Positions 40,243 to 53,589 of a stretch of DNA of 64,000 nt are shown here, in pieces (the stretch's first letter is position 1; each line of letters opens with the position of its first letter). The position numbers were made by a program, and so were the translations under genes. The stretch lies in NCBI RefSeq assembly GCF_006345805.1, contig NC_043013.1, forward strand, positions 23,002,001 to 23,066,000. Direction: 5' to 3'. The notes under the pieces were generated by a model. That model was not told the DNA's origin, did not search any database, and was given only the letters and a program-made list of their open reading frames with translations. This DNA is from Octopus sinensis. Its lineage: Eukaryota.

Positions 40243-40457
40243 TCGCCATGATAGATCGTTAGCCACTACACACATTTTTTTCTCCCCTTGCTTCTCTCCT
40301 TGTTTTTTTTTTTCTGTGTCCCTTTCTGTCGAAGAGCGTAGGCTCGAAACGTAAAATACTTTTTCTATTCCTGAGCGTTATACTAATACATCTGTTTGTT
40401 TTGTACACCACCTGTCTTCGTCTTTTGTTTGTTTGTTTTTTTTCGTAAACTCTCCCT
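40243..40457 (+). mobile_element. TA-embedded element, family B, with a variant minimal hammerhead at 40322-40356
   Basis: ttt-CTGTCGA-A-GAGC-GTAG-GCTC-GAAAC-GTA-aaa; homologous to 52283-52478 and 58364-58597. Confidence 0.8.
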
Positions 40458-40585
40458 ATATATATGTAGAGAAGGGAGGGAAGGAGGGAGGAAAGGAGAC
40501 GAACGGACAGACAGCCGGACCAGACAGATAGACAGACAGACAGGCAGTCAGGCAGACAGACAGATAGATAGATAGACAAATAGAC

Positions 40586-40693
<108 letters not shown>

Positions 40694-40698
40694 GGACA

Positions 40699-41920
40699 TA
40701 TTTCTTTATTGGCCACACAGGGCTGAACACGGAGGGAACAAAGTACAAAGTAGAGCTTTTCTTTTGGGGAAGGAAAGAGAAAAAAGAGAGGGATAGAATT
40801 TCGATCAAAAGGGATCGTGGAAAGAAAAGAAAAAAAAAGGAAGCCGATCAATAGGGCTCGTGTATCAGAAATGTCATAATGTAAAAGGGGAAACAGATTA
40901 GGTTTATCCGTGGAAATAAAAGCCTACGGAAAAGACCACGTTAACCTCGGGCAATAATGTCATGCAAAAAATACACTACAGTAAGTGACTCTCTTTTTTT
41001 CCTTTGTTTTTCTGGTTCATAGGATTATGTTCAAAGGGTCTCCGTCATTCACACGTGCCATCCTTGCTACATTCACCCATCTTTTTTAGAAACATTCACT
41101 GAACAAAACTTCCCTTTCTACTCTCACCTTCCTCCTCAAGTGATACCTGAAGAAGTTGATGAGAGATTCACCAGAGAGGAAAGTGTTTGTTTCTAATCCT
41201 TTCAGACGCGTCCACCATACACATTCTTTTGCCATAGCCACAAGTACGACGAAAATGGCTCTTATGGCGCGATAGACTCGGCTGATAAACCGACTCGTCC
41301 CACACTCGATAGCAGTCGTTCAACATTGGCCCACAGGTCGAAAATGGTTGGACACTGTACGAGTGCGTGCAGAACGGTTTCGTCGCTCTGACCGCATCTC
41401 GGGCAGGTCGGCTCTGTGTTTCTCGAGCTATGCCTGTAGAGCTTATCCCGAACGGGTGGCGCTTCCCGATAGTACTGCCAGGCCAGGGATCTGTGGAAGT
41501 TGTCCATAGGTCCCAGCCCGAAAGTCGTCTTGAACAGGCGGATCAGGTATTCCTCGTCGACGCCCAGGTTCGCCCCGAGATCGTCGTTGTACCTCCTCTC
41601 CACTAATCCTCTATAGAATGCTTTGGTTGTGTTGCAGTCGCTCAAGGTTGACCCGGTACGGCGTAGTTGCTTGAGAGCAACGCGACACTCGCGGTGACAT
41701 ACGCCCTTCCTCGGCCTCTTTTTGATCCACGACTGCAGCTCGTTCATGGACACGAGGTGCGGGAAAGCGCGCCTCACAAACGGCGACCACACCTGCTCAC
41801 CATCGTCTACGTAGAGTTGGAGATCTCGCAGTCTCAGCGCATGTCTGCGCATCGTCAACCACGGCATGCCCAGCCTTTCTTTTAACGGGTGTTGGCAGCA
41901 AACGGATCGCCTGACCATCG
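40699..41920 (-). mobile_element. Tx1/L1-like LINE 3' end (zinc-binding domain plus 3'UTR) between (GATA)n arrays
   Basis: [20 protein letters not shown]...[22 protein letters not shown] is a zf-RVT-type CCHC motif; the element ends aataaagaaata; GATA arrays flank both sides. Confidence 0.88.
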
Positions 41921-41938
41921 GATAGATAGATAGATAGG

Positions 41939-42010
<72 letters not shown>

Positions 42011-42039
42011 CAGACGGACGGGCAGACGGGCAGACAGAC

Positions 42040-42143
<104 letters not shown>

Positions 42144-42898
42144 GTGTGAGTAACTTTGTGTTTGAATTGTTCGACAAAACCCTTCAAGGCGGTGCTCCTG
42201 CGTGGCCGCAGTCCAATAGCCGTAACAAGTAGAAGACAGAACGTAAATAAACATAAAATGTCCGTCTGGTAGATTATGAAGTTCTGTGCCGTTAAGTTGG
42301 TTGTTCAATAACTTTGACGTTCGGCCATTTTGATATTCTAGCACACACACAGCAAATAGTATTGTATCGGTTCCATAGCAAATAATAGCAGGAATCGTTT
42401 ATCGTTAGTATCCACTAATGTGAAAGAAGATAAGAAGATAAAACATAAGAGAGAAAACTCTGACAGAGATTGGCAAACTAAAGCGTTATCTAAAGAGCCA
42501 TACTCTGTTCGCCATTGCTTTCATTTCGTTGTTAGAATCTATTCTTTCGTCGCTTTTGGCAGGATTTTGCGGTTCCTATTTATTATCCGAATGTTTTGTA
42601 ATTCAGTTTGGATTTGGTCATTGGTTGTTGCTGTTGTTGTTGTTGTTGTTGTTTTTTGTTCGATATTTCTTTGTTTCATGAAGTCCCACTCTACGTTTTT
42701 GGTTCTCAAATATTCTGTGTGTGTATGTGTGTGTGTGTGTGTTTGATATGTGTGTGTATGTGTGAGTATCAGTTTGCGTTTGAATATAACTATACACTTA
42801 AGTACAGAAATTATTCTTTTATACTCATGCATATCTGTATACTTACAGACAACCCATATGTATACATATATTATATATATATACATATATATATATAT

Positions 42899-42953
<55 letters not shown>

Positions 42954-43046
42954 GTGTGTGTTGTATATATATATATATATATATAATATATATATAATAT
43001 ATATATATACATATATATATATAATATATATATATATATATAATAT

Positions 43047-43077
<31 letters not shown>

Positions 43078-43128
43078 TATGTATATATATATACACACAT
43101 ATATATATAATATATATATATATATTAT

Positions 43129-43174
<46 letters not shown>

Positions 43175-43893
43175 TATATAAACATATATATAATTTTAGA
43201 CGCACAGATTTATCTGTATAACTGTACATATATATGTGTGTGCATGTGTGTGTATAACTATGCATATATATATAAATATATATGTATGTTTATATCTATG
43301 AGTCTATATGTGTGTCCTTACACACACACGCACACACACACATACACGCACACACGCACACACACACACATCGTTTTTTAATCATTTTCCAACTATTATT
43401 TTTAATAGCTCTAATATAATAGAAAGCAATATTCTCATTTTCTTGTTCTGTTGCTGCTGCTGTTGTTGTTGTCGTTGTTGTTGCTGTTGTGTTTGGAATT
43501 ATATTTTCTTTATTTCTCTGAGAATCTTTAGTTTTCTCCCTCCTTCTCCCGTTCCCCCGCAGTCTTTGCCTTCATAACCTTACATCTTTTCCTTCTTCTC
43601 TACTTTCGTAACGTATTCTCTTTCCTTTTTTGTTGCTCAATGCTTCGGCGAGGGATGTGGGCCGCCGTCGTCGTCGTCGTCGTCGTGTGTGTCTGTAATA
43701 TAGCGAGCATTATAAATGTAATTTTATCTCTTTTAATCCGGACGTTTTAAAGCGGCTCATCAAACAAATACCAACAGAAAGAAAATTAAAAACAAAAAAA
43801 AACAAAAAAAAACAGCCAAAATACCAGGAATACTATTGCTGTTTACTTTTGATATTTTCAAACGGCTGCCATTATGAATCTATTGGAGATATA

Positions 43894-43943
<50 letters not shown>

Positions 43944-43962
43944 TAATAATTATATTAATATA

Positions 43963-43998
<36 letters not shown>

Positions 43999-44141
43999 TA
44001 ATAATTATATTAATAATAATAATGATAATAATATATTAATAATAATAATAATAATATAATAATAATAAATAATAATGATAAATTATATTAATAATAATAA
44101 TGATAATAATAATAATAATAATAATAATGAATAATAATTAT

Positions 44142-44176
<35 letters not shown>

Positions 44177-44185
44177 TAATAATAT

Positions 44186-44240
<55 letters not shown>

Positions 44241-44421
44241 TAATAATAATAATAATGATAATAATTAATAATAATAATAATATAATAATAATAATAATAA
44301 AATACTAATAATCTAATAATAATGATAATATTATATTATAATAATAATGATAAATTATATTAATAATAATAATAATATAATGTAATAAAAAATAAATTAA
44401 TATAATAATAATATAATAATA

Positions 44422-44452
<31 letters not shown>

Positions 44453-45684
44453 AATAATATTAATAATATAATAATAATAATAATATAATAATAATAATAT
44501 ATAATGATATATATATTAATAATAATAATGATAATAATTATATTATATAATAATAATAAAATATAATAATAATATAATAATAATAATATAATAGTATAAT
44601 AATAATAATATAATAATATAATAATAAATACTAATAATAATAATAATAATGCATTTCTTTTGGGGGGATTTTTTGTGGGGGGGGGAAGAAATGACAATGA
44701 AATTGTATAAGAAAGAGAAGAAAGAAATGAAGGTGTGTAGACGAAGAGAGGGTGAGGGGACGAGAAAAGGGGGTAGCCAGTTTAAGAGGACGGTTAAAGG
44801 AAGTTAAAAACCAAGAAATGGGAAGAAAAAGAAACATGAAAGCAAAGAATGAAAGAAACGGAAACAAGGAATGAAAACGAAAACGAAAATGAAAAAGAGA
44901 GACAAGTTTGTTTGTTTTAATTTAAATATCATAAACAATGAAGAAAAGAGGAAAAGTGGAACCGAAGGAAGGAAGGAAGGAAGGAAGGAAGGAAGGAAGA
45001 AGAAGAAGAAGAAGAAGAAGAAGAAGAAGAAGAAGAAGAAGAAGAAGAAGAAGAAGAAGAAGAAGAAGAAGAAGAAGAAAGTAATGGTGAAGGAATTACT
45101 AGAATTACTAGAATTGTTAGTTGAATGAATGAATGAGTTAAATGAGTAAATCACAAAATGTAAGGAAGAATAAATATATGAATGAATGAAACTTCATGGA
45201 TGAATGAATGAGTTCAATGAATGAGTTGAACTGATTGAAAAAAAAATTACCTGAACGGAGGAAGGAATGAGACGACTGGCTGAATGAGAGTCAATAATGA
45301 AAGAGAGACCAAATGAAAGAGAGGAAATGGAAACAAAGAAGGAGATGAAAGTGAAAGAAAATTAAAGAAATAAACAAACAAACCAGCAAAATGAAGGAAG
45401 AGAAATAAAGAAGAAAAGCATAAAACAGCAAACGAAAATCATGGCGATGGTTTGGTTAATGTTTTAAAGGTTCCACAAAACTGTTCTAAAATGGCGGCAA
45501 AGCAAGCAGTTGTAATATCTTGCAAATATCTTTTTGTGTTTTAGTTTTATATTTTAGATATGTTCCAGTGAGAATAACAAATATCAAAAAAAAAAAAGCT
45601 ACAGCAAAAACGAGGAGAATATTATTGTTGCCAGAATACAAAAGAGTTCCGTTGAGATTTTTGAAATAGAAAAGTACATGCACA

Positions 45685-45756
<72 letters not shown>

Positions 45757-45902
45757 TTATAGATGTATGTATGTAGGTACACACACGCATCTGTGCATAC
45801 ATTCCTATATACACATACGTATAGGTGGCCAGGAGAGAACAAGATACACATATACATATGCATATGTACATATATGTATGTATAAATCTGTATGTGTGTG
45901 TG

Positions 45903-45948
<46 letters not shown>

Positions 45949-48900
45949 GCCTCTATGTGTGTGTGTGTGTTTGTGTGTGTGAGTGTGTGTTTGTGTGAAT
46001 GTGTATGTGTGTGTGAGTGTGTGTGTCTGAATATATATATGTGTGTGTACATGAAGCTTGCAACGTCCAATTCTGATAATTATGGTAAATAGGGGTTTCT
46101 GCGGAATGTGGAAGGCAATCTTGTGATCTGGTGAATGTGAAGTGGAATATCGAGCAGCCGAAGAACACAAGAGCAGTTATCTAATGATACGCGATGAAAG
46201 AGGGGTTGGCGCGGAGAGGAGAGGTGGGAGGGGGTTAATTGTGGTGTTTGGGGGTTGTAGTGGTGGTGGTGGTGGTGGTGGTAGTAGTGGTATTGGTGGT
46301 GGTATGGTGGTGGTGGTGGTGGTGGTGGTGGTGGTTGTAGTGGTGGTGGTATTGGTGGTGGTATTGGTGGTGGTGCTGGTGCTGGTGGTGGTTGTGGTAT
46401 TGGTGGTGGCGCTGATGGTGGTGGTGGCGCTGATGGTGGTGGTGGTGGCAGCGGTGGCGAGGATAATGACGATGGCGGCGGCGGTGATAATGGTAGGCTG
46501 GGGTGATAATTTTTTGCAGTTAAAGTGATAGTGGGAGACATAGTAAAGATTATGATGTAATGTGATAATGGGTGGCTGTAGAGATGATGATGATGATGAT
46601 GACGATGATGATTGGGTAGAAGAGAAGGATGAGGAGGATAGTGATGGTGGTGGTCGCGGGGCAGAGGGGCGTTGGTGGTAAATCGTTGATAAATGTTATA
46701 ACAACCACGTTAATGGTAGCGGATGTGTAGGAAGATGGCGCGATAAATGCGCCGTTATTTTCCAGTTTTACAAACTCAGATCTAGACAAGAGTGAGATCG
46801 CGCCACGGTGCCTGACTCCCTATGTAGCTTATTTAACTTGATTTGTATTTGTCTTATTTAAACCCTTACGATACGAACATATGGATGCAACAATCCCTTA
46901 TTTCCATCTGCCTATCAATCTGGAACTTTCGATCACTCTCCAAGCAAATTTTCTATTCTCGTGTAATTTATTTGTTGCTGTTCTTTCGCCTCAGGTCATT
47001 CCTTATTGAGCAGATCTATGATGAAAATGATCCAGCAGCGACCATCCCCTCATTTTTTATACGTTGGCCACTGTTTCCTTCCTCTTTGAGAAATTTGGTT
47101 GCTATTTCTAGTAGGATGGGTGACCTGTGAAGGATGTTTCGTTTAGTTCCTGTAATAATTTAGTTCCTTCTTGTAGCTCAAAATATTTTAACGTCAATGT
47201 CACTTTTGTATTTCGCACTTTTCAAGTTCCAGGGACTCATCTTCAGAGCTTTAAGTCGTGTTAGTCATTTCAAATAGGAATTTGTGTGGTTCATGACTTT
47301 CCCTTTTAAATAAATGATACGAAAATGGTATAAATTCACCAAGATCCACCAAGACACCTGTCGCAAATAACAAGAAAAAACGCAAGATCAGTTTTCAATT
47401 GTATTTGTGTTGTTTAAACACAAATAATTGAGATTGCTTCTGCCATGCTAGATTTTTTTTTTCAAGTTTATTCAGAGAAGGAAGACCAGCGCCTTTGACT
47501 CTTTTCACGATCTCCCTGACTACTGAGGGGGGGAAATGGATGAAACCACTACCCAGGGGTGTTGCAGTAAAACATCAAGTTAGCCTTAGGTCGGAAATCT
47601 GATCAGAATGCTTGCAACAGAGTGGACAATGCTAAAAATACCCATGAGTCAGAACGATGGTGTTAAACAGGGTGATGTTTTTAATCTATCACCAATGATC
47701 TTCTTCCTACACTCCTTCTTGCGTCCTTTCACGAAGTTTCAGTCCTACCAAATTCTCTCATGAGTCCCGAATTGATTCGAGAAGTCTATGAAAGAAGACT
47801 TTGGCTCAAAATGCTATGAAGTGGGATCGATTTCAAAACCATGCAAGCAGCCTTGCTTGCATCGACTGTATTGCGATAAGTTCTTTAAATCTATCTTTCT
47901 AGGTGTTGTATTAATTATTCCTGTCCCTTAGCTTGTAGATAAGCAATTAAAACAATAGTAAATTTATGCTTACTACATTCCCATGACTCTGGTATTCTTG
48001 ACATATATACCTGGACCTTTTAGTTAGCATCACTGGTTGGCTGGTAATGTTTGAATTCTTTATAGCTTATCGTTCAACGGCCACAATCCTGTCGGTCGTC
48101 GACTTTGCTTCTCAACCTTTGAGAATTGCTTAAAAGGCGTGAAACACTGGAGTTGAATTAATTCGATTGCATCACCTCCCACTGTCATAAAGAACTTTGT
48201 GCTAATGAAATGAAGAAATTATTGGAAATTTTTCTCCTATCTAATTCAATTATATTCAAGTGAACGAATTGACAGAATCCTTGGAGCGTTAGATTCTGGA
48301 ATGCCTTCCAGTATCCATTCCGGTTTTCTACACTCTTCAATTTTAATGCTGTGCCCAAGGCAAATTCGTCTTGCATACTTTCGTATCCGATAAAGTACAA
48401 ATTTACAACTAACATCATTTCTTCTCTTCCTCTTTATTTACTTTTTCAAAGTTCTTATGACTTGTATTGTAAAGGAAACGAAATGTTTAGCACAACGATC
48501 CTGAAATTCAAAGAAGGCATAGAAGTGAGTGAGACATTAGCAGCATAGCAGGACTTGAAACCGCATCACACTCTAATTACCGAGAGCAGGCATCTGGCTC
48601 GAAAGCGCTGACAATAACGGCAATAAATTCAAAAAATAATCGTAATAAATTCACCCACCACCCTCCAGTCTAGAAGATTCTAAAGTGACAATATGCTCTA
48701 CTTCGCGAGACCAGTATTAACAATAATAAAAGATAGATTTGTATTGTACGCTGCTCTGAAAATATCTCGTTTGCTTAATCAAGTTTATCAGAATGTAAGG
48801 ATGTAATTAAGAGCAAACTTCCAATTGATTTTATGTTGAATATGGGAAGGAACTTCAGATTTCCCATCCTTTTCATTCTTGATAACAAAAAATTGTGTCC

Positions 48901-50701
48901 TTCGTTCCATTTTTCCTTCTTTCTATCTTTTTCAAATTACCAACACGACCAAAAACAGCAAAAACTGAAAATGACTGTTTCTAATTTAGGCCCAAGACCA
49001 ACAATTTAGAGGAAGGTGGTTTAGCTGATTCAACTGACCCCAGTACTTGACTGGTATCTTATTTTATCAACCCGGGGGGCATAAAAGGCAATATATACCT
49101 CAGCGTGATTTAAATTCAACAGGTAAAGAGCCGATGTTATTGCTATCGGGGAAAAACATTTGTAAACTGTTGGATATGACTTTCTCCGTACAATGTTCAT
49201 TTAGAGGGTCTTTGGATTGTAAGGTTTCATTTGCTGCTTCGTTTTCGTGTTGTGTTTTTTTTTTCTTGTTTTATGCGATAGTGTATTGTTTCGTTGAGCA
49301 GACATTTAAAAGAGAAAAGATCATCAAAATTTGAAAGTAAGTAAAATATAAAATCTGTAACCTCAGAAGGTGAAGACGGGGGAGATGCCGCTCGGAAAAG
49401 ACGGACGAATATAAACGAATATAAACGAATATAAGACGGACGAATATAACCTCAGAAGGTGAAAACGGGGGGAGATGCCGCTCGGCATTCTTGGCCTCAA
49501 AACTAATGGAAAAGATGCATAGTTTTAAAGACAGAAATGGAAAAGATCTTAAAATGAAACCCGTTCGAAGAGGCTCGAACAATCCCACCGATTCTCTTCC
49601 CTCGATTGATATTTTATCTATCGACCCCTCGAACAGATGGAAGCTGGCGTCCACAGGATTTGAACACAGAACGTTATAAATCTCTGCAACAACAAATACA
49701 AGCACAAAGCTTTCCGTTTTATGGGAGATTTATAAGGTATGTAATTATACTAGTTCAGACTTATTCAGTAAATGGTGAGTACTTAATTTGATCGGCCTCG
49801 GAAAAACCAAAGTTGCCCTTGGTGTGGTTTGAACTCAGATCTTAAAGAGCCGTAAACTAAATACCACAAACGATCCTTCAAGTCAATTACTTCTGCAACA
49901 ATAATAATATTGATTTCCAACATAGCCACCAGGTCAGATATTTCAGTGGTGGGTGCCATATGTATTTGAACTGCATGGATACTCCAAAAGGATGAAAGAC
50001 TACGTTAATCCTTTTGCGAAACAATTGTAACAATGCTTTCAAAACTTCGTTTGAAAAACCAGATATTTTAGTGGCAACGATTGAAACGATTGAAACCGAC
50101 TCGTTACACATCTGGTACTTATCTTATTGACCCTGCAACCGAAAAAGGTTAAGTCAATTCTGGCAGAAGCTGATCAAACAATGAAACTTCAGTCATTCCC
50201 TTATTTCTTTCTATTCTTTTTCCTTTACGATTTCTCTTTCTTTCTTCTTATCAAAATAATATTATTAACAACCCTCCATTTTTTGATTTACTCTCGCTTT
50301 ATTTCTTCTCGTCTTTTATCTTCCACTCATTATTTCTTTATTCTATTAAGATTTTTTTTACAAGAATATTTTTTTGTTTGTTTTTTATTAAGAATTTTTT
50401 TATTTTATTAAGAAATTATTTCTGTTCAGAATTTATTTATCCTCTATAAATCCTCATTTCTTTTCTTCATATAAATCTCTTTATCTTCTCTCTTTTCTCA
50501 ATTTCCTTTTCTAAATCTCTTTTATTTTCTTCCTCTAAACTCCTCTATCATCTTTCTTCAAATCTCGCCCCCATTCTCCTTCTCAAAACGCTTCGTTTTT
50601 TTTCCTTTCTTTCGGTCCCTCTCCTTTCTCTTCCTAAACATCTTTCTCTAAAATTATTTCCTTTCTACAACCCTTTCATTTACCTTTTTCTAAATCCTCT
50701 A

Positions 50702-50782
<81 letters not shown>

Positions 50783-51748
50783 ATTTCTACTTTTCTCAAA
50801 GGTCACTTTCTTTTTCCCAAACCCTTCTTTTTCTTTCTTTAAATACCTTTCTTTCTTTCTCTAAACCCCAATTTTTCTTACAAACCACTTTTCCCTAAAC
50901 CCCTTTTTTCTTTCACTAAACCCCTTTCCTTTAAGCCTTTCTTTTTCTTTCAACACTTCTTCCTTCTTTTCAACTCCTTCTACCTTCATTCTATTGGTTT
51001 CTTGCTTTTTCATCTTCATCAGCAGCAGCACCAGCACCATCATCGCCATCATCATCATTATCATTATCACCATCATCATCATCGTCATCATCAACACCGA
51101 CACCAACAATACCCTCACCCTAACCTTTTGTCTTTTTCTTCCCCCAATCTTCCTTCAACTTCATTCTTCCCCTTTTTCTTTCTTTTCTCATGTTCATCTA
51201 TCTTCATTCATTTCCTTCTTCGTTTTCTTTTTCTTAAGCTCATTCTTTCTCCTTCTTATCTCTCCCCCTCTCGCACACCTTCCCGCCTCCCTCTCCTTCT
51301 CTCTCGCTCTACACCCACCCGCCCCACCCCCAATATTCCATATTTTGTTTCATTCTTTCTGTGTTTTGCTTATTTCGATGTTATATTCTCTTCCTATCTT
51401 TCTTTCATATATCTTTCGCTTTATTCAACTGTGGTCGAATATTTTGTTCAATCGGATTATCCTCTCTGCAGAGTAAAAAAAAAAACAAATATAATCTTAT
51501 TACATATTCCAATTCTTGTTTAGTAGGACAGAAAGACAAACAGACAGACAGATAGACAGACGGACGGACCGACGGACAAACAGACAGACGGGCGGACAGA
51601 CAGATATGCCAAACCTGCACAGAGAAATCATGAACTTGAGTTTGTATTTACGGATTCGTATACACATCTATTACGTTCAAGATATGGGACAGTGTTTCAG
51701 TGTATCAGCCTCTCTCTTATTCGCTATCTCCCTCTTTCATACGTATGT

Positions 51749-51781
<33 letters not shown>

Positions 51782-51812
51782 CATACATATATATACATAT
51801 ATATATATAATA

Positions 51813-51859
<47 letters not shown>

Positions 51860-51864
<5 letters not shown>

Positions 51865-52262
51865 AGTGAATTGAAGAGAAGTTTGGCCATGGGCTCTTAG
51901 GAGCCTCGTTCGATTTGTTTTGCTGCGCCTCTGTTCTGTTTTTGTTTTTGCCAACGGATTTCCTATTTCTTCCTGAAGAGAAAGACACAATATGGTCTCC
52001 TTATTCAATCGGAATTTGGTAAATGTGGCTTTCGAAACACGTGTAGAATGCAATAAAACGATTTCTGTTCAATCTTCGTTCAACTCCATTTCTTCAATTC
52101 ACTAATAATATTAAAATTCATTATCCGCACCAACGCATGGTTGCAACACCATATGGTTGTACCTCCAACCGTGCTGTCTTCTGCTGTGATTTTTGCTACC
52201 AAGGTATCGGTTAAACTTTTGATTAATCTGCAATAAGATTATTCATCTTTCTATTTCACAAA
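51860..52262 (+). mobile_element. TA-embedded element, family C, with an inverted terminal segment
   Basis: tattattagtgaattgaaga (51858-51877) is inverted at 52091-52110; homologous to 4611-4863; contains a full hammerhead. Confidence 0.75.
51964..52055 (+). ncRNA. Type I hammerhead ribozyme with canonical core
   Basis: CUGAAGA at 51973-51979; stem II gaaagacaca/tgtggctttc (9 of 10 pairs); GAAA at 52034-52037; stem III AC-ACGU-GU; cleavage triplet GUA (after 52045); stem I ttc/gaa plus tatt/aata. Confidence 0.8.
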
Positions 52263-52282
52263 ATATATATATATATATATAT

Positions 52283-52478
52283 GCCATGTTGAATCGTTAG
52301 CCCCTACACGCAATTTTTTTCTCTCCTTGTTTCTTTTCTGTGTATCTTTCTGTCGAAGAGCGTAGGCTCGAAACGTAAAAGACTTGTTTTATTTCTATTC
52401 CTGAGCGCCATACTAACACATTATTTGTTTGTACTCCACCTGCCTTCGTCTTTTGTTTATTTTCATAAACCTTCCCGT
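52283..52478 (+). mobile_element. TA-embedded element, family B, with a variant minimal hammerhead at 52345-52382
   Basis: tcttt-CTGTCGA-A-GAGC-GTAG-GCTC-GAAAC-GTA-aaaga, with a perfect 5-bp stem I. Confidence 0.8.
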
Positions 52479-52513
<35 letters not shown>

Positions 52514-52609
52514 TATATATATACATAACAAAGTGGAGTTGTAAGGTACCGCACGAGTGGAATTATATATGAAAGAAGGTTTGAAAATGCAGTTTTAAAA
52601 ACTGTTTAT

Positions 52610-52655
52610 TTACTTGACCGGTTTCACTTTTTTAGAAAAAGATTGTCAAAAGTAA
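52610..52655 (-). ncRNA. Type I hammerhead with U3-A8 core covariation
   Basis: Minus strand reads ttactt-TTGACAA-tctttttctaaaaaagt-GAAAC-CG-GTC-aagtaa: 6-bp stem I, palindromic ACCGGT stem III and a GUC triplet. Confidence 0.65.
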
Positions 52656-52884
52656 CATGTAAAAGCTTGGTTGTGTTAGGTACTGGTTGTCACAAAATAT
52701 TACAATACATGTATACATTCTTTGATAATAATAATAATAATAAGATGTTAAGAACAGTTTACAAGGGAAAATCTTGGGAAAATATAAAAAAGTTTAACAA
52801 GTTCATTAAAATATTGGGCACTAAAGATTACAATATGTATATACATTCTTAAGAAAATGTTAAAGACAGTTTCCAGAAAGAATT

Positions 52885-52960
52885 ATTAAAAAGTTCAGAG
52901 GAATATTCGTATTGTATATATATACAGATACAATAATAATATTCCTCTGAACTTTTTAAT
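52885..52960. repeat. Hairpin with 23-bp perfect arms
   Basis: attaaaaagttcagaggaatatt (52885-52907) and aatattcctctgaactttttaat (52938-52960), plus inner tattgtat/atacaata. Confidence 0.85.
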
Positions 52961-52964
52961 TTAC

Positions 52965-53580
52965 CCATCTCCTCGCCCAGATCAACCACGAACCTCTGAC
53001 AAGATCCTTCTCTTTGCTAAGAGAAGTGTGGAGGATAATCCTCATTGCAAGGCCTCTGACATAGCAGAACGAATTGATATCAGTCCCAGAACAGCTGTCA
53101 GGTATCTCCACAAACTTGGCTACTATGGCAGAGCAGCAACAAGCAAGCCACTTCTTCGACAGAGCCAATATCAAGCGGAGAAAGATTGTGGAGAGGCTAC
53201 TGGCATTTTGGAACACTTTCATATTCTCTGATGAGTCCAGATTTGCTGTATTTCCTGGCAGTGGCTGAGCGTAGGTCTGGAAACTCTGTGATCAAGAATT
53301 TGATGTGAAAAGATTACAGCCAACAATGAAACACGGCAACTATTCTGTGATGGCCTTGGGAGCAGTTTGGAGCAATAGTTGATCAGAGTTGGTGGAGTGT
53401 GAAGGAAACCTAAGCTCAGATAAATATGTGTTCATATTGCAGAAGGGACACCTTTCAATCTTCTCCGGTGGTGAAATGATCAAAGAAGATTCTTTATTTA
53501 TGAAAGATGGGATTCCTTGTCACACGGCTAAAATGATCCGAGATTTGTTGGATGAAAATGGCACTAAAAAACAATTACGC
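52965..53580 (+). pseudogene. Tc1-like transposase remnant
   Basis: LGYYGRAATSKPLL, FIFSDESRF, PTMKHG..SVM, LVECEGNLSSDKY and FMKDGIPCHTAK; stops and frameshifts. Confidence 0.88.
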
Positions 53581-53589
53581 TAAAAAACA

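Noticed and set aside
46080-46789. Proline-rich and hydrophobic ORFs
   Set aside because: Derived from GGT/GAT repeats; no clear splice or domain evidence, although nearby unique sequence could be regulatory.
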